Assembly (NCBI GenBank): GCA_963702095.1
Contig: OY969706.1
Location: forward strand, 2,400,001-2,464,000
From: Candidatus Bathyarchaeota archaeon
GTDB taxonomy: Archaea > Thermoproteota > Bathyarchaeia > Bathyarchaeales > Bathycorpusculaceae
DNA: 64,000 bases
Direction of reading: 5' to 3'
Below are positions 20,734-30,325 of the stretch, piece by piece. The number at the start of each line of letters is the position of its first letter. Position 1 is the stretch's first letter. The notes beneath the pieces are model-generated. The model saw only the letters and a program-made list of their open reading frames with translations. It was not told where the DNA came from and searched no databases. The translations under genes were made by a program, and so were the position numbers.

Positions 20734-22299
20734 ACGGCAGCAAATATAGAGTTAATCATTGCTGTTTTCTTGCTAATCACTTTCGTAGCCGCCCTAATAT
20801 CAATTAGGCTAAAAACACCCTACACACTTGTGCTGGTCCTAATCGGCGTCGGCATAACCGCCATAGCCAGCCTACTAGCCGTCGGAGATACCCCCATCCA
20901 TGGCTTTGCACAGGCAATAATTGAGCAAATTAAAACATTTGACAACCTCCTGCTTGAGGGAGGCGGAAGCGGCTTTTTCGTTGGAATAGTTGTGCCTCCA
21001 CTTGTTTTCGAGTCCATGATGCATATTCGCGCTGGCGATTTACGTGCAGTCATCAGACCCTCTTTGGTATTAGCTACCGTCGGCGTAGTCATAGCTACCT
21101 TAGTCGGCGGCTTATTGCTATGGCTCGTCGGGTTACCCCCCTACGTTGCGCTACTGTTTGCGGCTTTGATAGCGCCCACCGATGTCGTTACAATTCTTGA
21201 GGTGTTTCGCAGAGTAAAAGTGCCGCCTAAACTAACCATTCTCCTAAACACTGAAGCCGCATTCAACGATGCAACCGCCATCGTGGTCTTCACAATAATC
21301 CTCTCATCCACCGCTCTAACCCAAAGCGGCTTGCTAGGTGCAACAGCAAGTTTTAGCTACACACTCTTGGGCGGTATACTGGTTGGCTTAGGCATCGGCT
21401 TCCTATCCGAACTATTACTAAGCCTAATCGAGGACAAAACATCCGAATGCATACTTACCGTCGCAGCAGTCTATGGCTCCTTTGCACTCGCCACAGGCAT
21501 AGGTGCTTCAGGAATAATCGCGGTTGCGGTGACGGGTTTGTACTTCGGCAACTTCACTATACGTACAGCGCTCGTTTCAACTACTCGGAACACCATTAGG
21601 GTGTTTTGGGAAGTAATAGCGTTTCTAGCTAACTCTATTGCTTTTCTCTTCATCGGCTTCCAAACTGACCTCCTTACTCTCTACCAGTCAGTAGGACTCA
21701 TCATTCTGGCGTTCATTGCCGTCACCATTGCCCGGGCAGCCACGGTTTTCCCGATTTTTGCCTTCTTCAGCAAACGAGGAGAGAAACTGCCCCGCAAATG
21801 GGGAAACGTTGCTTTGCTGGGGGGCGTTCGAGGTGCCCTATCGATAGTGCTTGCCGCCACAATAACTGTCTCTGCTGTTGTCAGCGCTAGTGACATAACG
21901 ATTATTCGCACGATGGCTTTAGGCGTAGCCTTCTTATCTATAATCTTCCAGGTGCCGCTCTTATCCCGCTACGTAAAACGGGTATTCAAAGGTCAAGAGA
22001 ACGCGCAGGTTGTGAAGACTGAGGAAGAATTGGCTTTGGTTACCGCGGGCATCGAAGAGTCAGTTGACTTAAAGAAAGAAAATAGGATTTCTAATCAAGA
22101 GTTTGTCAGTAAACTGGAGGGGTGCCGAGATCAGCTTGACGAAGCCATCTCTGAGACTTCGGCGATGCTTAGAACAAGACAAATAATTAAGGATCGGGCT
22201 AACATGCTTTACGCGTCTGTGAGGGTCAAAAGTAGTGTTAAGCGTTCTAAGGGCGACCAGAAGGCGAAATCAGCCCAAGATGCGGATGAAATGAAATAG
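20734..22299 (+). CDS. CPA1/NhaP-type Na+(K+)/H+ antiporter; proposed ACG start, first canonical start TTG 20770
   Basis: PPLVFES, APTDVV, TEAAFNDA, GGVRGA; multi-TM. Confidence 0.88.
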   Translation, partial: TAANIELIIAVFLLITFVAALISIRLKTPYTLVLVLIGVGITAIASLLAVGDTPIHGFAQAIIEQIKTFDNLLLEGGGSGFFVGIVVPPLVFESMMHIRAGDLRAVIRPSLVLATVGVVIATLVGGLLLWLVGLPPYVALLFAALIAPTDVVTILEVFRRVKVPPKLTILLNTEAAFNDATAIVVFTIILSSTALTQSGLLGATASFSYTLLGGILVGLGIGFLSELLLSLIEDKTSECILTVAAVYGSFALATGIGASGIIAVAVTGLYFGNFTIRTALVSTTRNTIRVFWEVIAFLANSIAFLFIGFQTDLLTLYQSVGLIILAFIAVTIARAATVFPIFAFFSKRGEKLPRKWGNVALLGGVRGALSIVLAATITVSAVVSASDITIIRTMALGVAFLSIIFQVPLLSRYVKRVFKGQENAQVVKTEEELALVTAGIEESVDLKKENRISNQEFVSKLEGCRDQLDEAISETSAMLRTRQIIKDRANMLYASVRVKSSVKRSKGDQKAKSAQDADEMK

Positions 22300-22462
22300 T
22301 AGGGCACCGCTGGTTTGTTGATGCTTAGCACTTTTAGGTGTTCAGTGTTCGAACGCTTTGAACCAGCTAAAGTATTTACTTTGTTCAAGGCATAACTTAC
22401 AAGGTTCCGCCGAATCCCGATACAATAAAAACTGGAGAAAACAGACCATTGTGCTAAAGGCA

Positions 22463-22777
22463 ATGAAGGATAATTTTGTTTCCAGCATAAAAGAGCGGGA
22501 ACTAGCCGAAGGCAAAATGCGTGCCGTGCGTGTCAAACATGAGCCTGTTTTGCTGGCAAGGGTAGGCGGCGCCGTATTCGGTGTCTCTAACCGTTGTCCA
22601 CACATGGGCTGTGAATTACAGGGTGGCATCCTTAACGGCTACATTCTGATGTGCCCCTGTCACGGCTGGAAATTCGACGTCCGTAACGGGCAATACACCG
22701 AAAATCCCTTAACCGCCCTGACCACCTACAAGTGCAAAGTAGAAGATGGACACGTCTGGGTTGAAATCAAAAAGTAA
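22463..22777 (+). CDS. Rieske-type [2Fe-2S] ferredoxin
   Basis: CPHMG..CPCHGWKFD. Confidence 0.92.
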   Translation: MKDNFVSSIKERELAEGKMRAVRVKHEPVLLARVGGAVFGVSNRCPHMGCELQGGILNGYILMCPCHGWKFDVRNGQYTENPLTALTTYKCKVEDGHVWVEIKK

Positions 22778-22780
22778 GCG

Positions 22781-22939
22781 CTATTCGCCTCGTGTGTCGT
22801 TGCGGTTGCATTCTGCTTTGGGTCGGTACTCCACTTTTTTGGTGCGGGCTTTGTGGTGCATTTCGCATTCTTTGATTCGGACAAGCATCCATTCGGTTTC
22901 TTCGTAGACGCATCCGCAGAGCAGTGTTTTTGTTGGCAT
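22781..22939 (-). CDS. Small Cys/His protein (52 aa)
   Basis: MPTKTLLCGCVYEETEWMLVRIKECEMHHKAR..; below the ORF-track cutoff. Confidence 0.55.
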   Translation of the reverse strand: MPTKTLLCGCVYEETEWMLVRIKECEMHHKARTKKVEYRPKAECNRNDTRGE

Positions 22940-23117
22940 GATATTGGATACCTATACGTTCATGGTTGCGTGGTTTGATAAGGGTTTCGAAATTGCACCG
23001 TTAAACTTGATTTGAAGAAAAAAGCCTGTAATGGGTAGATTTGGTTTTTCGGTGGCTAAGTAGGGCAAGGTTTTAGAGGAGGGTACGCTACTTTGATTCC
23101 ATCTATAGGTGCACTGT

Positions 23118-23243
23118 ATGCCTAACATGAAAAAGAAAAACATCAACACCCGCAAAGAACAAGAAAAGAAGGCTCTGCGGGAAAAAGAAGCAAAAAAGAA
23201 AGAATTGCATTCAAATCTTCCGCAGAAAGGAAAGAAAAAATAG
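23118..23243 (+). CDS. Small Lys-rich protein (41 aa)
   Basis: MPNMKKKNINTRKEQEKKALREKEAKKKELHSNLPQKGKKK; AGGTG SD; T-rich tract downstream. Confidence 0.55.
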   Translation: MPNMKKKNINTRKEQEKKALREKEAKKKELHSNLPQKGKKK

Positions 23244-23554
23244 CTGCTTCGGGATTACTGTTTACTTGATTTTCTTCCTCTTTCGTATTTTCTATCTTGG
23301 ATGCGCTTTCCCCTTGTGTTTTTTACATTTTGTTTAACGTTTTTCCGTTTTTATGAAGGAATGTTAATATAAACCTTCTTTTTACTCTACAAACGCTAAG
23401 CCAAACCCGGAAGTTGCGAATAAATGATTCCGCCTAATCCCCAAATTACCAAACCAGAATTGAAGCACACAACCATGCAACTCACTAAACATACCACTTA
23501 CATTTCAGAATTTACCTCAAAATATGGCTTCTACTCTTTAGGCGGCAAAAGTTA

Positions 23555-25221
23555 ATGTGTGGAATAGTCGGAATCTTTAACATTTCAGAGCCAATCCCTC
23601 AGGCAAGGGACAAAGCACTTCGGATGGCAGCTAAAATCAGGCACAGAGGCCCAGATTGGAGCGGCATCTACAACGACGACAAAGCCATCCTCGCCCACGA
23701 AAGACTCTCTATTGTTGACGTGGAACATGGCGCCCAACCCTTATTCGACAAGTTAAACGGCAACGCGTTAGCTGTGAACGGGGAAATCTACAACCACATT
23801 GCTCTGCGCAGCAAACTTGGAAAGGAGCATCTGTGGCAGACTAAATCGGACTGTGAATGTATTCTCTACCTCTATGACGAATATGGCGCGGACTGCCTTG
23901 ACATGTTAAACGGCATGTTCGCATTCGTGCTCTACGACAAAGCCAAAGGCATCTTCTTTGTAGCTCGCGACCACATAGGCATCATCCCACTCTACGCTGG
24001 CTGGGACGACAGGGGCACCCTCTACGTTGCCAGCGAAATGAAAGCGCTAAACGATTACTGCACAATCATCAAAGAGTTTCCCCCCGGACATTACTTGCTG
24101 GGCAACGGCAGCGAAGACTTCACAAAATGGTACAAGCCCAAATGGGCAGAAGAAATCCCGACCAAGAAACTTGAGCTCACCGAACTCCAGGAAGCACTGG
24201 AGAAATCCGTGAAGGGCGAAATGATGTCTGATGTTCCCTACGGTGTATTGATTTCGGGGGGGTTGGATTCGTCGTTGATTGCATCTATTGCTTCGAAGTA
24301 CCGCAAGAAACGGGTTGAATCCGGCGACCAAGAGGAAGCGTGGTGGCCCAGACTGCATTCGTTTGCTGTTGGCTTGGCTGATTCCCCCGATTTGAAGTAC
24401 GCAAAGAAGGTTGCAGAATACATCGGAACTGTTCACCATGAAATCATATTCACCATACAGGAAGGCTTCGACGCAATAAAAGACGTCATCTACCACCTTG
24501 AAACCTTCGACGTCACCACCATCCGTGCGGCGACGCCTATGTATCTGATGGCACGCAAAATCAAGTCCATGGGCATCAAAATGGTGCTCAGCGGCGAAGG
24601 CGCAGACGAAGTCTTCGGCGGCTACCTGTACTTCCACAAAGCCCCCAACAAACAGGAATTCTACGAGGAAACCGTGCGCAAACTCCAGATGCTAAGCAAA
24701 TACGATTGCCTGCGTGCCAACAAAGCCACCGCCGCCTGGGGTGTGGAAACTCGTGTGCCCTTTTTGGATAGGAGTTCTTGGATTTCGCCATTGGTTTTGA
24801 TCCCGAAGAGAAAATGTGCAGCGGTGACAGGATAGAGAAGTATGTGCTGCGCAAAGCGTTTGAAGGCTACATTCCTGAGGAGATTTTGTGGCGGCAGAAA
24901 GAGCAGTTCAGCGACGGTGTCGGCTACGGCTGGATAGACTACCTCAAACGCCATGCCCAAAGCACGGTCACCGACGAAATGATGAAAAAAGCCAAAACAA
25001 AGTTCCCAGTGCAGACCCCGTCCTCTAAAGAAGAATACTATTACCGCCAAATATTCGACAGTTACTTTTCCTGTCCGTCGGCGGCGTTGACGGTTCCTGT
25101 GGGTCCGACGATTGCCTGTTCGACTCCGACGGCTTTTCGCTGGAGTGAGGAGTTCAAGAAGATGGCTGATCCCTCTGGCAGGTCGGTTAAGGTGCATGAG
25201 CACGCTAAACAAGGTAGCTAG
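23555..25221 (+). CDS. asnB: Asparagine synthase B, frameshift near 24770
   Basis: MCGI, RHRGPDWSG, SGGLDSS, RVPFLD; continues in ORF 24778..25221 (WRQKEQFSDGVG). Confidence 0.93.
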
Positions 25222-25264
25222 GTTTGTTGTTCTGGGTGTTTCTGCCCTTTTTTCTGTGTTTTTT

Positions 25265-25390
25265 CTATAGTTGTTGTTGGCAAAAACCTTCTATACACAA
25301 CAACAACCAGCAGGCTGTGCTGCTGATTGCTTTTTGGCGTCTGCGTCTTTGGTGCGTTGCAGGCTGGTTGTGGCTTATTCCGCAAGCGGA
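25265..25390 (+). repeat. Dispersed 126-bp element, GTT subtype
   Basis: CTATAGTTGTTGTTG-N18-CAACAACAAC..TTGTG-N8-CGCAAGCGGA. Confidence 0.95.
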
Positions 25391-25398
25391 ACAAGGCG

Positions 25399-25797
25399 CT
25401 ATAAACCTACAACTTTTAACTCTTTAACCCTGCCAAAATGAGCATCACACGTAACCATACAATCCACTTTCTCAGCCAACGCCGTCGCCGCATGCAACGC
25501 ATCCCTCGGCGCCAAATGCAACTCCCTAATCAACCCCAGAGCAGACAACGCCAACTCCCTCGTGGCATCGATGATTTCAAGGTTGGGAAAATTCAGCATC
25601 GCCTCCGCAGTCTCCAGCGCCTTCTCCAACCCCCTATTCCGCTTAACCTCCCAGAAAACCTCATCAAAAGTCAAAGCTGACGTAACTGCCTTATCCTCGC
25701 CCGACTGGATTTTAGCCAGCAGAGCCACCGCTTTAGGGCCCTCCTTATCGGTGTTTAAGGCGGCAAAAATAAAGATGTTAGCGTCCAGATAAAGCAC
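25399..25797 (-). CDS. VapC PIN-domain toxin
   Basis: YLDANIF, TFDEV, RDALHAA, TCDAHF. Confidence 0.92.
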   Translation of the reverse strand: MLYLDANIFIFAALNTDKEGPKAVALLAKIQSGEDKAVTSALTFDEVFWEVKRNRGLEKALETAEAMLNFPNLEIIDATRELALSALGLIRELHLAPRDALHAATALAEKVDCMVTCDAHFGRVKELKVVGL

Positions 25798-26041
25798 GTT
25801 TGAATCTCTCGTCTAGTTCTTCTTCGTAAGCATGCGGGTCTACATAGGGAACAGATTTGCCGCTATTGGCGACTCTCTTGAAAACTGCGACAGCATCAAA
25901 AGCTGGCTTCTCCAACACCGCCCTATTGTCCTCCAAGGTTATCTGCACTTTCATGCCCGGCTCGATTTTAAGCGCCTTACGAATAGCCCGCGGGATAACA
26001 ACTTGCCCTTTGGGACCGACTTTCATTTCTTCCCGAATCAA
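25778..26041 (-). CDS. AbrB/MazE-type antitoxin
   Basis: KVGPKGQVVIPRAIRKAL; overlaps vapC. Confidence 0.92.
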   Translation of the reverse strand: MIREEMKVGPKGQVVIPRAIRKALKIEPGMKVQITLEDNRAVLEKPAFDAVAVFKRVANSGKSVPYVDPHAYEEELDERFKRALSGR

Positions 26042-26042
26042 A

Positions 26043-26088
26043 GTATAACCACAAGTTATACAAAAGTATAACCATCACTTATACTTTT
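26043..26088. promoter_or_regulatory. Tandem operator of the TA operon
   Basis: GTATAAC-N5-GTTATAC (26043..26061) and GTATAAC-N5-CTTATAC (26066..26084), 23-bp period, directly upstream of the antitoxin start. Confidence 0.7.
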
Positions 26089-26188
26089 CATGGAGAGAAA
26101 TACCAAAATCACATGGTTTTCTCATGTTTAAGCCAGTTACGGTTTTATATGCAACCAATAGCATAAGACTGCAAAAGAGAGAATCCTC

Positions 26189-27631
26189 ATGTCCGATACT
26201 GGTGTCACCGTCAAGAAAAACGTAGACTTCAGCGAATGGTACGTCGAAGTAGTGTTGAAAGCTGAGTTAGCTGATTACGCGCCTGTGAAGGGCTGCATGA
26301 TTATCCGCCCAGACGCCTATGCGGTTTGGGAGAAAATCCAAGAGGTTGTTAACCAAAAAATTAAAGCGACGGGGCATCGAAACGCCTATTTCCCCATGTT
26401 TATCCCAGAAGGGTTCCTCAAAAAAGAAGCAGAGCACTTTGAAGGGTTCACTCCGGAAGTTGCGTGGATCACTCAGGGCGGCAACACGCCACTAGAGGAG
26501 AAACTTGCTGTTCGCCCCACCAGCGAAACCATCATGTACAGCATGTACGCCAAGTGGATACGCAGTTGGCGCGATCTGCCCCTGAAAATCAACCAGTGGT
26601 GCAACATCGTCCGCTGGGAAACCAAAGCGACGAAGCTGTTTTTGCGTACCCGCGAGTTCCTCTGGCAGGAAGGACACACTGCGCATGCCACCGCTGAAGA
26701 AGGCGAAACCGAAGTCCAATGGGCACTCAACATGTACAAAGACATCGTCGAAAACTACCTTGCCATCCCAGTTGTCCTTGGCACCAAGAGTGAGAGCGAA
26801 AAATTCGCCGGCGCCCTCTACACCACAGCGCTCGAATCCATCATGCCTGATGGTAAAGCCTTGCAGATGGGCACCAGCCACAATTTGGGACAGCACTTCG
26901 CCAAGGTCTTTGACGTGAAATACATCGGTGAAGACAAGGCTGACCACTACGTGTGGCAGACCAGTTGGGGCATCACTACGCGGCTCATCGGCGCCATGAT
27001 TATGGTGCACGGCGACGACAAGGGCTTGATTATGCCGCCTAAAGTTGCGCCTGTGCAGGTGGTCATCGTGCCGATTCCATTCAAGGGACTGGAGGCAGAG
27101 GCGATTGCCGCTAAAACCAAGCAAATCCAAACCGACCTCCAAGGCAGAGGCATCAGCGTAGTCCTCGACGACCGCAGTGAATACACTCCGGGCTGGAAGT
27201 TTAACCAGTGGGAACTCAAAGGCATCCCGCTACGCGTTGAAGTTGGACCCCGAGACATCAAGAACGGCCAGGTAGTTATGGTGCGGCGGGACACTGGTCA
27301 AAAAGCATTCGTTAAAGATGCCGACATACTTGCCACTGCCGAGAAACTGCTCACCGACATCCAAGACAGCATGCTTGCTAAAGCCAGAGCCATCCTCGCA
27401 GACAAAACCACACTCGTCAAGAGCTACGACGAATTCAAACAGGTGCTTGAAGCCAAAGGCGGCTTCCTCAAAGCACCTTGGTGCGGCAACCCAGAGTGCG
27501 AAGCAAAAATCAAAGACGAAACAGGCGCAACCATCCGCGTCATACCCTTCCAGAAAGAGGCTCCTACTTCGGGCTGCGTGTTCTGCGGCAAAGAAGCAAA
27601 AGACGTTGCATACTTTGCTAGGTCATATTAG
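26189..27631 (+). CDS. proS: Proline-tRNA ligase (archaeal/eukaryotic type)
   Basis: RPTSET, FLRTREFLWQEGHT, C-terminal FARSY. Confidence 0.97.
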   Translation: MSDTGVTVKKNVDFSEWYVEVVLKAELADYAPVKGCMIIRPDAYAVWEKIQEVVNQKIKATGHRNAYFPMFIPEGFLKKEAEHFEGFTPEVAWITQGGNTPLEEKLAVRPTSETIMYSMYAKWIRSWRDLPLKINQWCNIVRWETKATKLFLRTREFLWQEGHTAHATAEEGETEVQWALNMYKDIVENYLAIPVVLGTKSESEKFAGALYTTALESIMPDGKALQMGTSHNLGQHFAKVFDVKYIGEDKADHYVWQTSWGITTRLIGAMIMVHGDDKGLIMPPKVAPVQVVIVPIPFKGLEAEAIAAKTKQIQTDLQGRGISVVLDDRSEYTPGWKFNQWELKGIPLRVEVGPRDIKNGQVVMVRRDTGQKAFVKDADILATAEKLLTDIQDSMLAKARAILADKTTLVKSYDEFKQVLEAKGGFLKAPWCGNPECEAKIKDETGATIRVIPFQKEAPTSGCVFCGKEAKDVAYFARSY

Positions 27632-27779
27632 ACCTAACCAAACCCTTTTTTCACTTATTTTTTGAACAATCGGCTTTTGCAAGCCCATATTTGGGGTGCA
27701 AGCGTTTGTTTTGGGGCGGTTGCTGTGGGGAACGTTTATTTTTTGGGTCAGCAAGAGTTGTTGGGTACAGGTAAGGCAA

Positions 27780-29017
27780 TTGTCAGGCATCAAAGTAACT
27801 AAGCGTGCAAGCAGCATCGAATATGCCATTCGCGATGTCATAGTCCACACTAAAGACCTGATTAAGAATGGCAAAAAAATCTACTATCTAAACATCGGTG
27901 ACCCTGCCGCATTCGACTTTAAAACTCCGCCCAGCCTCAAAGAAGCTCTCTGCAACGCCATCGCCCAAGAAGACAACTATTACTCCCCCTCAGAAGGGTT
28001 GCCAGAACTGCGGCAAGCAGTCGCCAACAAGGAGAAGAAAGTTAACGACGTCGACATCACAGCCGACGACGTGCTGGTCACTGAGGGCATCTCGGAAGGC
28101 ATCCAGATGCTACTCGGAGCCATCGTGGAGAGGGGCGACGAAATCCTCTTCCCAGGCCCACTTACCCCCCATACATCAGCTACACTAACTTTTTCGAGGG
28201 CAAACCAGTCAGCTACGAAACCATAGAAGCAGAAGGCTGGCAACCCAACATCGACGACCTACGCAAAAAAGTCACCGATAAAACACGTGCCATAGTCATA
28301 ATCAACCCCAACAACCCCACCGGCGCAGTCTACGACCGAAAAACCATCAAAGAAATCCTCGACATCGCAGGCGAACACAACCTCCCAGTTATCAGCGACG
28401 AAATCTACGACCAACTCACCTACGAAAAACAGTTCGTCAGCGCAGCAAACGTAACCAAAGACGTCCCCGTCATCGGCTTAAACGGGTTCAGCAAAGTTTA
28501 CCAGATGACCGGCTGGCGCTTAGGCTACATGTACTTTAAAGGCGAAGGTAAACAACTTGACGCGCTCAAAGATGGCGTGGAGAAGGAATGCAGAATCCGC
28601 ATCTGCGCAAACACTCCAGTCCAAATCGCTGCGACCGCAGCGCTAAACGGTCCACAGGACTTCGTCAAAGACATCGTCGAGCGACTCCGCGAAAGGCGGG
28701 ATTTCAGCCACAAACGCCTAAACGAACTCGAAGGCATATCCACCACTAAACCCGAGGGCGCCTTCTACATCTTCCCCAAAATCGAAGGCATAGGCAAACG
28801 TTGGAGAAGCGACATGGACTTCGTTGTGGAACTGCTCAAAGAAACAGGCGTTTTAATCGTCAATGGCAGCGGCTTCGACCCAGTGTATGGCAAAGACCAC
28901 GCTAGAATTGTGTTTTTGCCGCCTGTCGACGAGTTAGAGCAAGCCTACAGCGCGTTGGAAGGCTTCATGAAAAAGAAGGTTAGAAAGGACAGCCGCGGCC
29001 ATGTTGGCTACGGCTAA
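27780..29017 (+). CDS. Class I/II PLP aminotransferase (AlaA-like), frameshift near 28158
   Basis: IEYAIRD, LNIGDP; after the shift INPNNPTG, SDEIYD, FSKVYQMTGWRLG. Confidence 0.9.
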
Positions 29018-29022
29018 AAACC

Positions 29023-29907
29023 TTAGATTTTTGTTCCGCTGGCTGGGTCTTCGATTACTTTTTGGAACTCAGCCATTAACCGTTTGGTGACGGGTCCAGG
29101 TTTACCGTTGCCGATGACACGCCTGTTTACCTCGCGAATTGGCACCATCTCCATGGCTGTGCCTGTGAAGAAGGCTTCGTCAGCTGTGAAGACCATGAAG
29201 GGCGTTAGGTTTGTGGCGGTGAGTTTGACGTCGAGTTTCTGGCAGAGTTGGGCGACGACTTCTGCGGTGATGCCTGCTAATGCGCCTGTGCTGGTCGGGG
29301 GGGTGAGGAGTTCGCCGCCTTTGACGATGAATATGTTTTCGCCGACGCCTTCAGCTATGCAGCCGCTTGGTTCAAGGCAGATGGCTTCGTCGACTCCGTT
29401 TGCATTGGCTTCAATTTTTGCTAGGACACTGTTGAGGTAGTTGAGTGATTTTATCTCGTGGGTTGTGGCGTCCACGGGGTTTCGTCTGACCCAGCTGAAC
29501 ATGGTGGTTATGCCGACTTCTTTGGCGTTGCCTGCTTTGATGTTGATGGTGTCAGCGATGATTATGATGGTGGGGTTGGGGCATTTGCGGGGGTCTAAGC
29601 CTAAGTCGCCGACGCCTCTTGAGACGATGAGGCGTATGTAGCTGTCTTTCATGTTGTTCTTGCGTAGGGTTTCAACTACGGCTTGGACCATTTCTTCTTT
29701 AGAGAGGGGGATGTTTAGCATTATGGCGTGTGCACTGCGGTAGAGGCGGTCAACGTGCTCTTTGAGTTTGAAGACGACGCCGTTGTAAGCGCGGATTCCT
29801 TCGAACACGCCGTCGCCGTAGAGGAACCCGTGGTCATAGACGCTGATTTTTGCTTCCGACTTCGGATAGTATTTGCCGTCTATGTAGATTTGCAGTTCAC
29901 TGGTCAT
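29023..29907 (-). CDS. ilvE: Branched-chain amino acid aminotransferase
   Basis: DHGFLYGDGVFEGIR, KSLNYLN, TGTAME. Confidence 0.96.
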   Translation of the reverse strand: MTSELQIYIDGKYYPKSEAKISVYDHGFLYGDGVFEGIRAYNGVVFKLKEHVDRLYRSAHAIMLNIPLSKEEMVQAVVETLRKNNMKDSYIRLIVSRGVGDLGLDPRKCPNPTIIIIADTINIKAGNAKEVGITTMFSWVRRNPVDATTHEIKSLNYLNSVLAKIEANANGVDEAICLEPSGCIAEGVGENIFIVKGGELLTPPTSTGALAGITAEVVAQLCQKLDVKLTATNLTPFMVFTADEAFFTGTAMEMVPIREVNRRVIGNGKPGPVTKRLMAEFQKVIEDPASGTKI

Positions 29908-30071
29908 TTGTCAATTACTCCTTGGATGGCTGTTTCATATTGTCCAAACGTAGTTATAGGTTGCCACCGTGATACATATGATTCGTATAGAGTGTATTTA
30001 TTAATTATGAAGCTGTCGATGTCCTGTCCCTAAATTTTAGGGGTTTATGGTGTTGCCCTGATTTGCTTTTT

Positions 30072-30197
30072 CTAGATTAAGAAGAAGAAAGTATCGCCCT
30101 TACACATCATCTTCTTGGGGACTTTGTGGGCGGCTGCTTTTTTGGTTCTATGTTTGGTTTTGGTTGCAGATTGATTGTGCAATCCACCACAAGCTTT
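30072..30197 (+). repeat. Dispersed 126-bp element, GAA subtype
   Basis: CTAGATTAAGAAGAAG..TTACACATCATCTTCTT..GTGGGCGGCTG..TTGTG-N8-CACAAGC; ungapped with the GTT copies. Confidence 0.88.
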
Positions 30198-30325
30198 GCC
30201 AGCGCTCTTGTTTACCAAAAAACGTCAAAACAACAACATATTCTTGCACCCAAAAAAATGATTCAGGCAGCCTATCCGCTTGCAAAGAGAAGAGGAAATT
30301 TAGTGTCAAGCACTGTTTTTTAGCC

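Noticed and set aside
24760-24785. Programmed frameshifting or real pseudogenisation at about seven genes (near 1316, 5335, 24770, 28158, 39054, 43782, 54849)
   Set aside because: Single-base indels, mostly in short homopolymers, in otherwise intact genes, with no shared slippery motif; assembly error is the simplest explanation, though reads are needed to confirm
25368-25385. TTGTG-N8-CACAA as a Rex operator
   Set aside because: Lacks the inner AA..TT of the Rex box and is not positioned at promoters
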